From a virus: a stretch of DNA of 64,000 bases. The notes beneath the pieces are model-generated. The model saw nothing but the letters and a program-made list of their open reading frames with translations. It was not told the DNA's origin and did not search any database. The stretch lies in the IMG/VR virus record IMGVR_UViG_3300030329_006380, positions 32,001 to 96,000 of that record; one strand, written 5' to 3'. The position numbers were made by a program, and so were the translations under genes. This document shows, piece by piece, positions 38,301 to 47,135 of the stretch (positions within the stretch are counted from its first letter, which is position 1; the number at the start of each line of letters is the position of its first letter).

Positions 38301-38508
38301 TGGATAATTTACAAAGGAAGTCTGAACATAAATCAAAGTATTCCGGACTTAATTGTGTTTTTGTGTGAGCAATATCGCCAGCAACATAAATTACATCAAC
38401 CTCTTCCCTCTCAAGTTTAATGTAAAGATCGTCAAAGCACTCACGATATTGTTTGTGAAATTTTAAATTTCTAATATGTACATCTGCTATATGAGCAATT
38501 CTTATCAT
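35347..38508 (-). CDS. Single-chain Mre11/SbcD-Rad50/SbcC (T4 gp47+gp46) nuclease-ATPase fusion
   Basis: Phosphoesterase motifs IADVH, GDIAH, GNHD, YHG, GDIH; Walker A GKNYSGKS; coiled coil; signature MGSGAEK; Walker B/D-loop ILDEPGTALD; H-loop LISH. Confidence 0.93.
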   Translation of the reverse strand: MIRIAHIADVHIRNLKFHKQYRECFDDLYIKLEREEVDVIYVAGDIAHTKTQLSPEYFDLCSDFLCKLSNIAKTYVILGNHDGNLRTAHRQDAVTPVVEALDNPNIVLIKNSEEVEIQEGVVFNCLSIFDKDNWITPTNKDKINIALYHGSISGCQTDVGWVMKHGEEELNIFNEFDYGMLGDIHKTNQALDPKGKIRYAGSLIQQNHGETNDKGFLIWDIENKDSFTVKHVLVKNTCPFITIELTPKGRIPKNTTLPENAKLRLVSRNNLPLDKLRRAVEISKTKFKPESVTFLNKAEGSSVDLDDDSISIGQEDLRDIAVQKDLIADYLKDYELSDEKLEKIYDLNKKYNTLIEENEEIGRNVNWKLKALKWSNLFNFGEDNIIDFENLSGVVGIFGKNYSGKSSIIDTILYTLFNSTSKNERKNLNIINEKKDYGIGEVEIAVGNNIFRVKRNSEKYVKKLKGKETLEAKTDLNFSVENTVTEETVDLNGLTRNDTDKNIRKYFGSLQDFLFTSMTSQMGALNFINEGSTKRKEILAKFLDLEIFDKKFKLAKEDSALLKANIKRLQDRDFSEELKEIQEKIDFSLEKIEDRKQQCLKIDSKIDILKEERQRINLLIKSLPSEIIDVVAVRKALSDNTSKFASLKAKNEQLRQDVKSNLGLLEKIGHFLETFKYEEIKEKQGLIIEKKQELDNILRNIQSVDQEIKRKSQKIKLLNQVPCGDEYSSCRFIKDAFEAKDSMRSIEDNLADIKGQAEGLEQAIKDMEPDKNDQHLQKYQQVLERKSNIEKEAIQINLKIDKNEAVLETTQHEIKKNEDKIQEYEENKEAIENLESLVGELDTIENSIHSLSSELRKCNEEKLELYKIHGSLEQKYESVTVQKEEYLEAHEQFTIYDLFLRCMHNCGISYDIIKKKLPIINNEIAKVLANIANFEVYFEEDEKQLNIFIKHEDQEPRPISMGSGAEKTIAAMAIRLSFLSVSNLPKPNIFILDEPGTALDEANLEGFVRILDIIKMYFKTVLLISHLEGLKDCVDTQIIIDKKDNYAYVNHVK

Positions 38509-38517
38509 ACACCCTCT

Positions 38518-39222
38518 CTAGAGATCTCGGCAACACCGAAATCCCGTTTCATAAAATCTAAACAAATCTCCGTGATTGCTCACGGACTGTCGACAGTTTC
38601 GTGGCTCAGACCAGAACCTGCCTTTAAGTCTTCCGTTAAAATACCCCCTTCTGGTTTTTCTTTTCTTTGTCCACTCTTCCACATTCCCAAGCATATCGTA
38701 GACTCCGTAACCAGAGACACATCTCTCCATTGCGCCACTTGGTTCTGCCTGATATAATTCATGGATGTGGTTTGCCGCTTCATAAGAAATTGCCGAATGC
38801 TTTTCTGCATTGGACAATAACCCCAAGAAGCTATCAACCTCTGGATTAGAAAATCCTTTCCTCCAGACTCCAAGATAATATTTTGAATATTTTATCCATG
38901 TTTTACTGTCATTACACACTCCTTTTTCATATTTTGTCCCATATTTCCATGGCAAATCTTTTGGACCAACACAGGCTTTTGTCCACTCATCATCATAACA
39001 CAAGCGCTTGCCACGTGCCTGACACCATGCTTCACTCTCAACCATAGAATACATCACCAAAGGCTCGTCTCCTTTTTGATTGGGAGCTTCATATTTATCA
39101 ATACAAAAATCTTTTACTTTTATCATTCCCGCTGGACATGTTATTGTTTCCTCTGTTGCATAAAGAAAACCCATGCAAGTAAAAACACCAGTGAGTATAA
39201 CAATTGATGGCAACCTCTTCAT
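38518..39222 (-). CDS. Exported FGE-sulfatase/C-type-lectin-fold protein
   Basis: N-terminal hydrophobic signal; CPAGM, FCIDKYEAPN, WCQARGKRLC...EWTKAC, GVYDMLGNVEEW, GFRCC. Confidence 0.85.
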   Translation of the reverse strand: MKRLPSIVILTGVFTCMGFLYATEETITCPAGMIKVKDFCIDKYEAPNQKGDEPLVMYSMVESEAWCQARGKRLCYDDEWTKACVGPKDLPWKYGTKYEKGVCNDSKTWIKYSKYYLGVWRKGFSNPEVDSFLGLLSNAEKHSAISYEAANHIHELYQAEPSGAMERCVSGYGVYDMLGNVEEWTKKRKTRRGYFNGRLKGRFWSEPRNCRQSVSNHGDLFRFYETGFRCCRDL

Positions 39223-40160
39223 GCAATCATCGTCCTATAAATCATATATTTTTCCATACTCATAAACTCTGCCTCCTTCTTTCTTTTCTGAAATTCCGAT
39301 CGTGGCATCTCTGCAACATCTTGATAGCCATCGGTGTCGATCTTAAAAACCTCGACGTCATATTTTAATAACTTTTCTATCATAGAGAGTGATTTCTTCT
39401 CCGCATCGCGGTCGAGCGCAATAAAAACCGAAGTATCGTTTTTTACTATTTCCCAGAATAACTTGGAATTTTCTGACAGCGTCGATCCCATCAAAGGAAT
39501 AGAATTTTCCCCTGCATTGATCGCGTCAAAGACGCCCTCCGTTATGACAACTTCTTTTGAGAAATCAACATATAATTCATTAAAAATAATTTTATTTTTT
39601 GCAACTCTGGGATTCATATATTTTCGCCAGTCATTAATATAATTTCTAGCAATAAAGAAATTAACTTTGCCCTCTGCATTAAAAGATGGTATTATAATTC
39701 TATCTTTAAAGATACCAGACACACAATAACCAATTTTCCACTTCAAGATATCTGCATTGGATACCGATCGATCTTTAAGATACTTTCGGGCCGGCATCGA
39801 AGAAAAAGCAATCTCTTTCGTACTCAACGGCAAGAAACCATCGGGAAGGTCTAGCGTTATCTCTTCCTCTTTTTCTTCCAATTGAAAAAGAATCTTCTCA
39901 AATTCACTGATATTGACTTTACGATCAAAGTTAGACCATTCGCGGCAATCTGTGAAATCCCCATATCTTTTAACAAGACGATAGATATTTTTTCCACGAT
40001 AATCGCAGACCCAGCATTTGAACACATTCTTCTCAATGTTCACGGAAAGCTTAAGTTTGTGATGATTGCATTGTGGACAGTGAAATTGATATTCTTTGGT
40101 GGACTGTTTATAGGATCCGAATATTTTCTGTAGAATTTTTAGTTTTGCAGTTGTTTCCAA
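39219..40160 (-). CDS. DNA primase (zinc finger plus TOPRIM)
   Basis: CPQC...H...CWVC zinc-binding domain; IIIPSF, ITEGVFDAI, IALDRDA. Confidence 0.88.
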   Translation of the reverse strand: METTAKLKILQKIFGSYKQSTKEYQFHCPQCNHHKLKLSVNIEKNVFKCWVCDYRGKNIYRLVKRYGDFTDCREWSNFDRKVNISEFEKILFQLEEKEEEITLDLPDGFLPLSTKEIAFSSMPARKYLKDRSVSNADILKWKIGYCVSGIFKDRIIIPSFNAEGKVNFFIARNYINDWRKYMNPRVAKNKIIFNELYVDFSKEVVITEGVFDAINAGENSIPLMGSTLSENSKLFWEIVKNDTSVFIALDRDAEKKSLSMIEKLLKYDVEVFKIDTDGYQDVAEMPRSEFQKRKKEAEFMSMEKYMIYRTMIA

Positions 40161-40675
40161 GTATTTAACCCCGAGCGTGCGATAATCAGCGAATCGGCCC
40201 GGTCATACGTTCCAGGCACAGGATTATCATTTCTGGTATATGATACCACGAAATCACGCTCGTTGTCAAGGATATATTCCAAAACAACTTGTTTTGCTTT
40301 CTGTCCGCGCATCACTTTGATACCACAGGACTTTCTTGCCGACACTGCTGCAAGAGGGGTAGGGGGCTCACCAAAAAGTTCATAAACAAGATAAGAGGTG
40401 ATGCCATTAATCTTAGAAAGCACTGAGAGAGTTTTTGCTGACGAAAATCCGGATCTGAATGATTGCAGACTCTCTTCAATGAAGACTTTCTCAATCTCAT
40501 AGCTTTCCTTGAGATCCAATAGTTTATTTTTTATAAATTCTGCTTTATGGAACAATGTTGGAAAGTGTCTTTTATTTCGCGTGTCCCAAGCTTCGCAATA
40601 TAAAATTTTTCCACTTTCATCAATTACTGTAGCGCCAGTGATGCTGGTACTAACGTCAAGGCCAAGAATATTCAT
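40139..40675 (-). CDS. RuvC-like Holliday junction resolvase
   Basis: ILGLDVSTSITG, VFIEE and DRADSLIIA acidic catalytic motifs. Confidence 0.8.
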   Translation of the reverse strand: MNILGLDVSTSITGATVIDESGKILYCEAWDTRNKRHFPTLFHKAEFIKNKLLDLKESYEIEKVFIEESLQSFRSGFSSAKTLSVLSKINGITSYLVYELFGEPPTPLAAVSARKSCGIKVMRGQKAKQVVLEYILDNERDFVVSYTRNDNPVPGTYDRADSLIIARSGLNTWKQLQN

Positions 40676-41877
40676 TATATATCCAGTTTGAGTTTAAAGG
40701 TGTAAGAGTCGGCCTCTTTCTTCCGTACCGGATTGGCCAACTTCGCAATTGCAATTAAGTTTTTATTCTCATCATATATGCCGATTTTTGATATAAATGT
40801 TTGCTTGAGAAAACTAGCTGTTGGGTCCGGATAAGAACTACTAACAGTATTCTTAAATAAGACCTCTGGGTCTCGATAATAAGTGGTATCATAGTCCGCA
40901 GAAGCTGTCCTGTGTTCATAATCAATATAGGTGGGATTAGCAGAATAATTCAAATGCATCTTTGGAGCATGCGCATACGCAGTCATCGTACTAACATAAT
41001 TACTGCCAGAAAAAGACAAACTAAAACTCGAACTGGGGAGCTTTGTCGATGTTGCACTAGTCGTTTTTGATCCAGTGGCAGCAAAATATATCCATGCGGG
41101 GTTCTTTGCAGTGGCACCTGGTTTATAGTTCTCCCAAGTCAGCGAGGTTAACCTTGCGCTGCCAGTTAATATAAAAAATCCCTCTTTGTATAGCGCTATG
41201 CCGGCGACACTGCCCGATTCAACGCTTCCTACCGGACCAGTCTGTATTAACTCTCCATTTTTATTTAAATCCTGTAGGCGGCTAATCAAAGTTCCAGTTA
41301 CAAAGAATTGTAAATCTATCGTCCCGCGCTTAATTGAAGACCCATAGAATATACTGGGTATGCTTATAAGATTTACGGCTGCACTGGCGAAGTCCCGCGC
41401 ATGCGGGTGGCCATCTGAAGATGAAAAAGCGTAGTGCATGCTGTTTTTCGTATAGTAGTCTAGGACATTCTTAAGGGCAGTAACGTGGGGGCGCGTGAGG
41501 TCGTCTTCTGCAAAAAACTCACGCGATATACTAGCTGTCATAGGATAATGAAATTTTTGTATGTCGGCCCAATCGTTAGTGGCGAAGGTACCAGTAGAAA
41601 CAGTTCGAAATGAATTCCTAGATGAGTGTTTTTCTAGAAATGCATATGGCATGCAATCAGCCGGTCGGTCGACAACCATTTCATACAAGCTTATACCCGG
41701 ATGGCCATAAGCTATATCTGCACCGGTCATATGTAACACAGCATTATCAAAAGAGCCGGCTCGGTATGGTCTATGGTTATAATATATACTGCCGCTATAT
41801 ATAAAAAAATTAACGCTAGGATAGGTTTTTATTCTATTAACAAGAATATCATTTTCTTTAAATTTATAATAAGGCAT
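40675..41877 (-). CDS. Baseplate/tail-collar-like structural protein, paralog A
   Basis: C-terminal FISKIGIYDENKNLIAIAKLANPVRK resembles the C-terminal half of the tail-collar fibre domain. Confidence 0.55.
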   Translation of the reverse strand: MPYYKFKENDILVNRIKTYPSVNFFIYSGSIYYNHRPYRAGSFDNAVLHMTGADIAYGHPGISLYEMVVDRPADCMPYAFLEKHSSRNSFRTVSTGTFATNDWADIQKFHYPMTASISREFFAEDDLTRPHVTALKNVLDYYTKNSMHYAFSSSDGHPHARDFASAAVNLISIPSIFYGSSIKRGTIDLQFFVTGTLISRLQDLNKNGELIQTGPVGSVESGSVAGIALYKEGFFILTGSARLTSLTWENYKPGATAKNPAWIYFAATGSKTTSATSTKLPSSSFSLSFSGSNYVSTMTAYAHAPKMHLNYSANPTYIDYEHRTASADYDTTYYRDPEVLFKNTVSSSYPDPTASFLKQTFISKIGIYDENKNLIAIAKLANPVRKKEADSYTFKLKLDI

Positions 41878-41883
41878 AGCATA

Positions 41884-43020
41884 TCAGTAATCTAATCTAA
41901 CCCGTAGAGTTAATTCATTTTCTGGTGTTTTCTTGATTGGCTCGCTTAATTTAGCAACTGCTAAAAGCTCATTGTCTTCTGAATAAAGCCCAACTGTGGT
42001 GATATAAGTAACAGGAGGATCTGTTGATTGCTCCTTGACTCTTATTTGACTTCCGGTAAGATATGTTGGGTTTGAACTATAATTAAAATCATTGTGATTG
42101 GCTCGACAGAAATATATTGCTGAATTTAGCTCTGTTGTGTTATTAAACTGAAGATTGTAAATTCTGGCTCTAACACCATTAGCAACAGTGTCAATAGTCG
42201 AAGCCGTAATGTGGTTAAAGCCGCTAGCGCCTAGGGACAGATTCATAATAGTAGTGCCGGCATCAGCGTTGTGTAAAAGGCCGCCGTCAGCCTCATCATT
42301 AAAAATGGACCCAGAGATAACTGCGATGCCGGCCTGATAATATATCAAACCAACCGCATGATATGCGTCTGTTTTAAGGGCATTTTTCTGTGCAACACTA
42401 GAGGTTGCGTAAAGCACTCCATACTCGCCAGCGGGTGAATTTTTGAAGTAGCCGTCTGATCCACTATAATCAGTAATTTTTACCCTTTGAGCGTTGTCAA
42501 AAAGATCCCCATCATAATCAAAAGCAGACGTTAAACCTAGTTCTAATTCAAATGTGCCTTTTTTAATTTCATCTTTAGTTAGTAAACGAGAGAAGTTTAA
42601 GAAAAACACATCGTCCATTTTGTTGGCCTCATCACCAACTCCCGGCGAGGATCCATCCATATCAAAGCGTCCAACACTGCCAGTTAAATCGTATCCAACC
42701 AATATTTGTGCCATCTGGTTGTAGATATTAATTTTTTTAGCCTGCTGGCTAGTTGTAGACCCTGAAATCCGTGAATTAGATGAAATACCACATGTAATAT
42801 CAAATATATGATTAGCCGAAGAACTTAAATACGGATAATCATAAACGGACTGAAATTGTCCATGTGAAAAAGTTTTAATGTGTCTCTCACTCCCCAAAGC
42901 AGCATATGGATCACTACCATAAGTACCCGATATGATTGATCCTGTAATTGGGATCGCTTCGTGTAAAAGAGTCCTTGAGTCGATAACATCATTATTGGTT
43001 AACATCTTAAAAGTAGACAT
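41884..43020 (-). CDS. Baseplate/tail-collar-like structural protein, paralog B
   Basis: C-terminal YITTVGLYSEDNELLAVAKLSEPIKK; shares FNYSxNPTY with paralog A. Confidence 0.55.
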   Translation of the reverse strand: MSTFKMLTNNDVIDSRTLLHEAIPITGSIISGTYGSDPYAALGSERHIKTFSHGQFQSVYDYPYLSSSANHIFDITCGISSNSRISGSTTSQQAKKINIYNQMAQILVGYDLTGSVGRFDMDGSSPGVGDEANKMDDVFFLNFSRLLTKDEIKKGTFELELGLTSAFDYDGDLFDNAQRVKITDYSGSDGYFKNSPAGEYGVLYATSSVAQKNALKTDAYHAVGLIYYQAGIAVISGSIFNDEADGGLLHNADAGTTIMNLSLGASGFNHITASTIDTVANGVRARIYNLQFNNTTELNSAIYFCRANHNDFNYSSNPTYLTGSQIRVKEQSTDPPVTYITTVGLYSEDNELLAVAKLSEPIKKTPENELTLRVRLDY

Positions 43021-43046
43021 ATTTTTTCCTCTAAACTATTGTCTTT

Positions 43047-44009
43047 TTAAGCTAGCTTAAAAAATCGTATTGGCAGATCTATTCTTTGACCGGTTACTGC
43101 TCCAGTTACCCGAATAACAGTATCGATTACCTTGCAACTTGTGTCTCCTGCGCCCATCTTAGCCGTTTTGCCTATTTTGTTAAATAAAACATTGCTATCT
43201 GCTAAATCCGGGTGAGATCTAATTTTAAATTTTAATCTAGTCCCTTTACGGCCAGTGATTGGGCTCTTTCCTCCCTCATCTGCCTCGGGGACAACGCCGA
43301 CAAAATTTCCGGCTGTTTTATTACTGATAAAGTATGTAGCGATTTTATCATCATCAACAAATGATGGTTCCGGCGAAGTTGTGTTTCCATCGCCATCTTG
43401 CTGTGGGCCGACAATCGATCCCAGCCGGTCATCGATTTCTATTAAATACGCAGAATCAATAAGCGAGTGGGGGAGTTGGCCAACATTTTCCACAGTATCA
43501 ACCAAGCCTTGATCGATCATAATATGAGTTGTTGAGTTCTTCGGTCGAACGCCATCCAGTACACCAGTTGAAGCTGGGGCCGCAGCATTTGCTGTTGTTT
43601 GTGTTCTTGTGGCTTCATTAACCGCAACACCAAATATATTATTACCAGATGGGCCGCCAACAGTTGCTAAAGATCCACCAGCCATTCGTTGATTTGGTGC
43701 CTCTTCCTCATTCAACCTGAGAACCGGAAGGTACAGAATTTGTCGATTATTAATCGTCATTAATTTATGTTTCAGTGAGGCCCGATTATCTGTGAATGCT
43801 TCCAGCACCGGTGTCTGCATAATATCTAGATCGTAATAAGCTGAGCCGCTCGAATGATTTCTGTTATATGTGGTATAATCAATCTCGTCATCCGAAAGTG
43901 CAAAATATTTTATACGAAAAGAGCCATCGCCCTTTGCGAGCCTCATTCTACCAGTATCAGTCAACACTGCATCCAGAATGATATCGCCTGAGTTATCTAA
44001 AAAAGCCAT
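43047..44009 (-). CDS. Baseplate/tail-collar-like structural protein
   Basis: N-terminal IILDAVLTDTGRMRLAKG...FRIKYFALSDDEIDY resembles the N-terminal half of the tail-collar fibre domain. Confidence 0.55.
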   Translation of the reverse strand: MAFLDNSGDIILDAVLTDTGRMRLAKGDGSFRIKYFALSDDEIDYTTYNRNHSSGSAYYDLDIMQTPVLEAFTDNRASLKHKLMTINNRQILYLPVLRLNEEEAPNQRMAGGSLATVGGPSGNNIFGVAVNEATRTQTTANAAAPASTGVLDGVRPKNSTTHIMIDQGLVDTVENVGQLPHSLIDSAYLIEIDDRLGSIVGPQQDGDGNTTSPEPSFVDDDKIATYFISNKTAGNFVGVVPEADEGGKSPITGRKGTRLKFKIRSHPDLADSNVLFNKIGKTAKMGAGDTSCKVIDTVIRVTGAVTGQRIDLPIRFFKLA

Positions 44010-44025
44010 GTCTTTCTCCTTAATA

Positions 44026-44050
44026 TAAGTAGTTTTTCTATATAATTAGT
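44026..44050 (-). promoter_or_regulatory. Tandem putative late promoter motifs ACTACTTA and ACTAATTA
   Basis: taagtagt at 44026-44033 and taattagt at 44043-44050 in a 67-nt gap. Confidence 0.65.
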
Positions 44051-44076
44051 CATAAAAACCTTATATTTCTTATTTA

Positions 44077-47000
44077 TCAGCGAATAATATCTGAAACAGG
44101 GGACTCTGCTGAAGTAGCCCTTCCTCTCATTCGCGCCTCCAGTTCTTCTAAGTTCACTTGTGGATCTTCGTAGCATGTCTCTTGTTGCACCGTTGGCTTG
44201 TGTATGTGCTTAAACTTAACATTAAAGTCTATTTTACGCCCTGTTGACTTAGATGTCAACCTAATTTTAAATTTTTGTCCATCCCAAATCGAATGATCAC
44301 TGTCTCCCATCGTAACTGGTATCGAAGATAGCTGGTCTGTTAAATTATCATATCTAGTACCATCATCAATTTGTGCTTGAATGTCTAAAACTGCGTTTAA
44401 AGTTTCTTCACGAGCTTGCGTTTGATTGACCGACGGTGAAATATATATATATTTTCTGGCCGGTTTTATATAATTTACTTCTTCAATCGGGAATTCAATG
44501 ATATCAATCCTAGGAAATACACCGCCATTGGTGTCAATTAATTCCACTTCAAAAACCGGAGATGGGTTTGATAAGTGACCATGCACGTCCTTAGACCTAA
44601 ACATATAATAATATTTTATATTTGGTCGAATTGTTTCATCTAAAAAGTCTATAGTAGAGGCTTTGAGATCACAAAGTCTTTGATGGTGATCAACTTCGAT
44701 TGTTGTGGCAACCTCTGCTATCATATTATCTTTAAAATCAATATATGCTGACGGTCTAGATGTCATCCTATAGACAAAAAATGACTCAATCCTGTCATCG
44801 CTGCGAAACATTATCGGAGAATCTTCAGGAAGCTCCTGTGCTTGTCTCACCGAGTCATACATGGCTTTTTCTATATCATTGAATGCTATGGGGTGTTGTA
44901 CTAATTTTCCGGGATTGTCACGTAAGAAAAAAGTCAACTTATCGGATCTTCCACGATGAGGTAATACCTCAACAACGGGCTGACAAGGTGGACTATCCAT
45001 TATAATGTTTTCAAATTCATGAAATGGAACTTCAACCATCTTTAAACAGGGTTCATAATGCACTTTGAATCTATAAGGATTAGTTAGATGTCTGGCATAT
45101 TGATATTGTGTCCCATATACAACTTGATAAGCGTATACTTTATATCGATACTTTTCTCCATACTTAACTTGAGTATCTAACCACTGCAGTACCTCTATTC
45201 TATTTGAATTAATTAAATAAAAATCTTGTATTTTTTCTTCTTTTTCTTCGCCGGCGACGCTAACTAGGGCATGCTTCTCTATCCTATAGAACATAGTCTC
45301 AGACTTGGCTTTCTTTCCGGCCATTATTTCTCGCCATGTTCTATTATATTGTTTCATCGAGCTTTTAATTTTTGCATTCATTAGAAATGAAAAAAGTTTT
45401 TGTTTAATTAAAGAGCCGGTTCTCAAAGAAGTGCTTGAATAAAACCAACTGCTGCCGCGGCTCAACTTAGAAAAGCCAAGATAAGTTATAATATCATCAC
45501 TTACAAAATCATAGGTGTTGGTGCCCCTTTCTTTAAAAAGTTGCAGCCAATTATTGAGATCCCACACCCTTAACATTTGTTTTAGGTTTTGAGTGCCCAA
45601 GTCGGATGTAAGACTAGAAGTATTTATACCGGACTCTTGGCCTTGTACTATTTTATTATAAGCGCGCCATGTAAGAATATCTGTCTGGAGTACTGGTCTT
45701 CCGTCAATTATTCCTCTTTGCCGCTCGGATCTATTGCCCCTATCTTCTGCTTCAGGGATTCCCTGAATTATCTCCTTGATCAAGGGAACATCATAATCAA
45801 ATTGAGTGAAACTACTCACTAAATCCGATTGATTAATCGGCGGAGTTTTAAAGTTAATTTCCAAAAACATAGGAAAATCATGTTTCTTCTGTAAACTAGC
45901 ATTATTAACATGATTGGATGTGGATAGAAAATCAACTTCTCCCGAAAGCATAACCATGTTTTTTTGTTTTTCCTTAAGAGACTCTAAAGGTTCATCGTCC
46001 TCCGGATAAAAAAGCGAAAAAGCATCAAAAAGATTAATACCAAGTTTTAATTCCGGCCCTGTACCTGTTTGCTTAATTAAAAAATTACTATCCATTATCT
46101 TGTTCAATGAAATTAGATTGTAAAGATCGGAGACTATTGGGGCCCAAAGATTGTCCCTCTTTACGCGTTCTATGAATGATAGCCAAACATAAAGGTTTGG
46201 TAGGGCGCGTTCTGGTATTGCTAGGTCTGAGATTCTATTTTCATATCTTCGAATATAATAATTATAGCGGCTAAAGGAATTAAAAACAAGCACATTTTTT
46301 AAATCCGGAAAGTCTTTAACAAAACGATCAGAAAATGGTAGGCTTATTTGAAACGTAGTATCGTAGTATATTTTATTTGGATTATTCGGTATTGTCGGTC
46401 TAAAATTATTTTCAAAGCCTCCTATACAATATTTTTCAAACAACCCCATGTCACCATTGAAATATTGCTGCAGTCCTTCTTGTGTGGGTTGTATGTTCAT
46501 CCTCTCAGTATCAGCCAGATCGGCAAAGGGCGTCGATGGCCAATTATCAATATCAACATAGTTTTCTGTCTCAGCCTCAGGATCCTGACTCACATACCCT
46601 ACACTAAAAACCCGTGGGACTGCCAAATCGAAACCGGTGCGTGTTCTGCGAATAGCACTTAGATCGTCCATCCACATTAATTTATTATCTTGATATATCC
46701 ACCCTTTCCTAGCCCTAAATCTAAAAATGTCCTCCATACTTGTCGTATCTAGGTGAGGATTCGTAGAGATCTGGCTCCACGGAATAGCACTAACTTGCCC
46801 TCCGGGAGCTTTATCGTCACTAACTCCGCCTGGTATCAGACCTGCCGTAAAAACCTCGGGCCATGGCTGATAAAGGCCAACATTTAAGGGGATCTGTCTC
46901 TCCTCTCCTATAGCAAATTCGCCATTGAATATTGCACTATCAATAAAAAGTGCATCTTGAGCGATGGATGTCGCCTCTGGTGAAAAACGTAATTCCGCAT

Positions 47001-47118
47001 CTTCTACCAATACCGGGTCTGGCTCAACAGGAGCGGGTTCCGGAGGAAGCTCGGGCTCAGAAATCTCCGGAGGACATACCAAGGCTCTCAATCTTTGTAA
47101 AAATTCACTCTCTGCCAT
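44077..47118 (-). CDS. Large structural protein with Fn3-like segments (1013 aa)
   Basis: WLDTQVKYGEKYRYKVYAY and FLDETIRPNIKYYYMFRSKD are Fn3-like; within the baseplate cluster. Confidence 0.55.
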   Translation of the reverse strand: MAESEFLQRLRALVCPPEISEPELPPEPAPVEPDPVLVEDAELRFSPEATSIAQDALFIDSAIFNGEFAIGEERQIPLNVGLYQPWPEVFTAGLIPGGVSDDKAPGGQVSAIPWSQISTNPHLDTTSMEDIFRFRARKGWIYQDNKLMWMDDLSAIRRTRTGFDLAVPRVFSVGYVSQDPEAETENYVDIDNWPSTPFADLADTERMNIQPTQEGLQQYFNGDMGLFEKYCIGGFENNFRPTIPNNPNKIYYDTTFQISLPFSDRFVKDFPDLKNVLVFNSFSRYNYYIRRYENRISDLAIPERALPNLYVWLSFIERVKRDNLWAPIVSDLYNLISLNKIMDSNFLIKQTGTGPELKLGINLFDAFSLFYPEDDEPLESLKEKQKNMVMLSGEVDFLSTSNHVNNASLQKKHDFPMFLEINFKTPPINQSDLVSSFTQFDYDVPLIKEIIQGIPEAEDRGNRSERQRGIIDGRPVLQTDILTWRAYNKIVQGQESGINTSSLTSDLGTQNLKQMLRVWDLNNWLQLFKERGTNTYDFVSDDIITYLGFSKLSRGSSWFYSSTSLRTGSLIKQKLFSFLMNAKIKSSMKQYNRTWREIMAGKKAKSETMFYRIEKHALVSVAGEEKEEKIQDFYLINSNRIEVLQWLDTQVKYGEKYRYKVYAYQVVYGTQYQYARHLTNPYRFKVHYEPCLKMVEVPFHEFENIIMDSPPCQPVVEVLPHRGRSDKLTFFLRDNPGKLVQHPIAFNDIEKAMYDSVRQAQELPEDSPIMFRSDDRIESFFVYRMTSRPSAYIDFKDNMIAEVATTIEVDHHQRLCDLKASTIDFLDETIRPNIKYYYMFRSKDVHGHLSNPSPVFEVELIDTNGGVFPRIDIIEFPIEEVNYIKPARKYIYISPSVNQTQAREETLNAVLDIQAQIDDGTRYDNLTDQLSSIPVTMGDSDHSIWDGQKFKIRLTSKSTGRKIDFNVKFKHIHKPTVQQETCYEDPQVNLEELEARMRGRATSAESPVSDIIR

Positions 47119-47135
47119 CCGTTCACCTCTTCTTC

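Noticed and set aside
38518-38700. DGR variable region in the FGE/C-lectin protein
   Set aside because: No second copy (template repeat), reverse transcriptase or avd gene seen in the window; cannot be excluded elsewhere in the genome
27530-40675. Many ATGA/TAATG start-stop overlaps
   Set aside because: Ordinary translational coupling in phage operons
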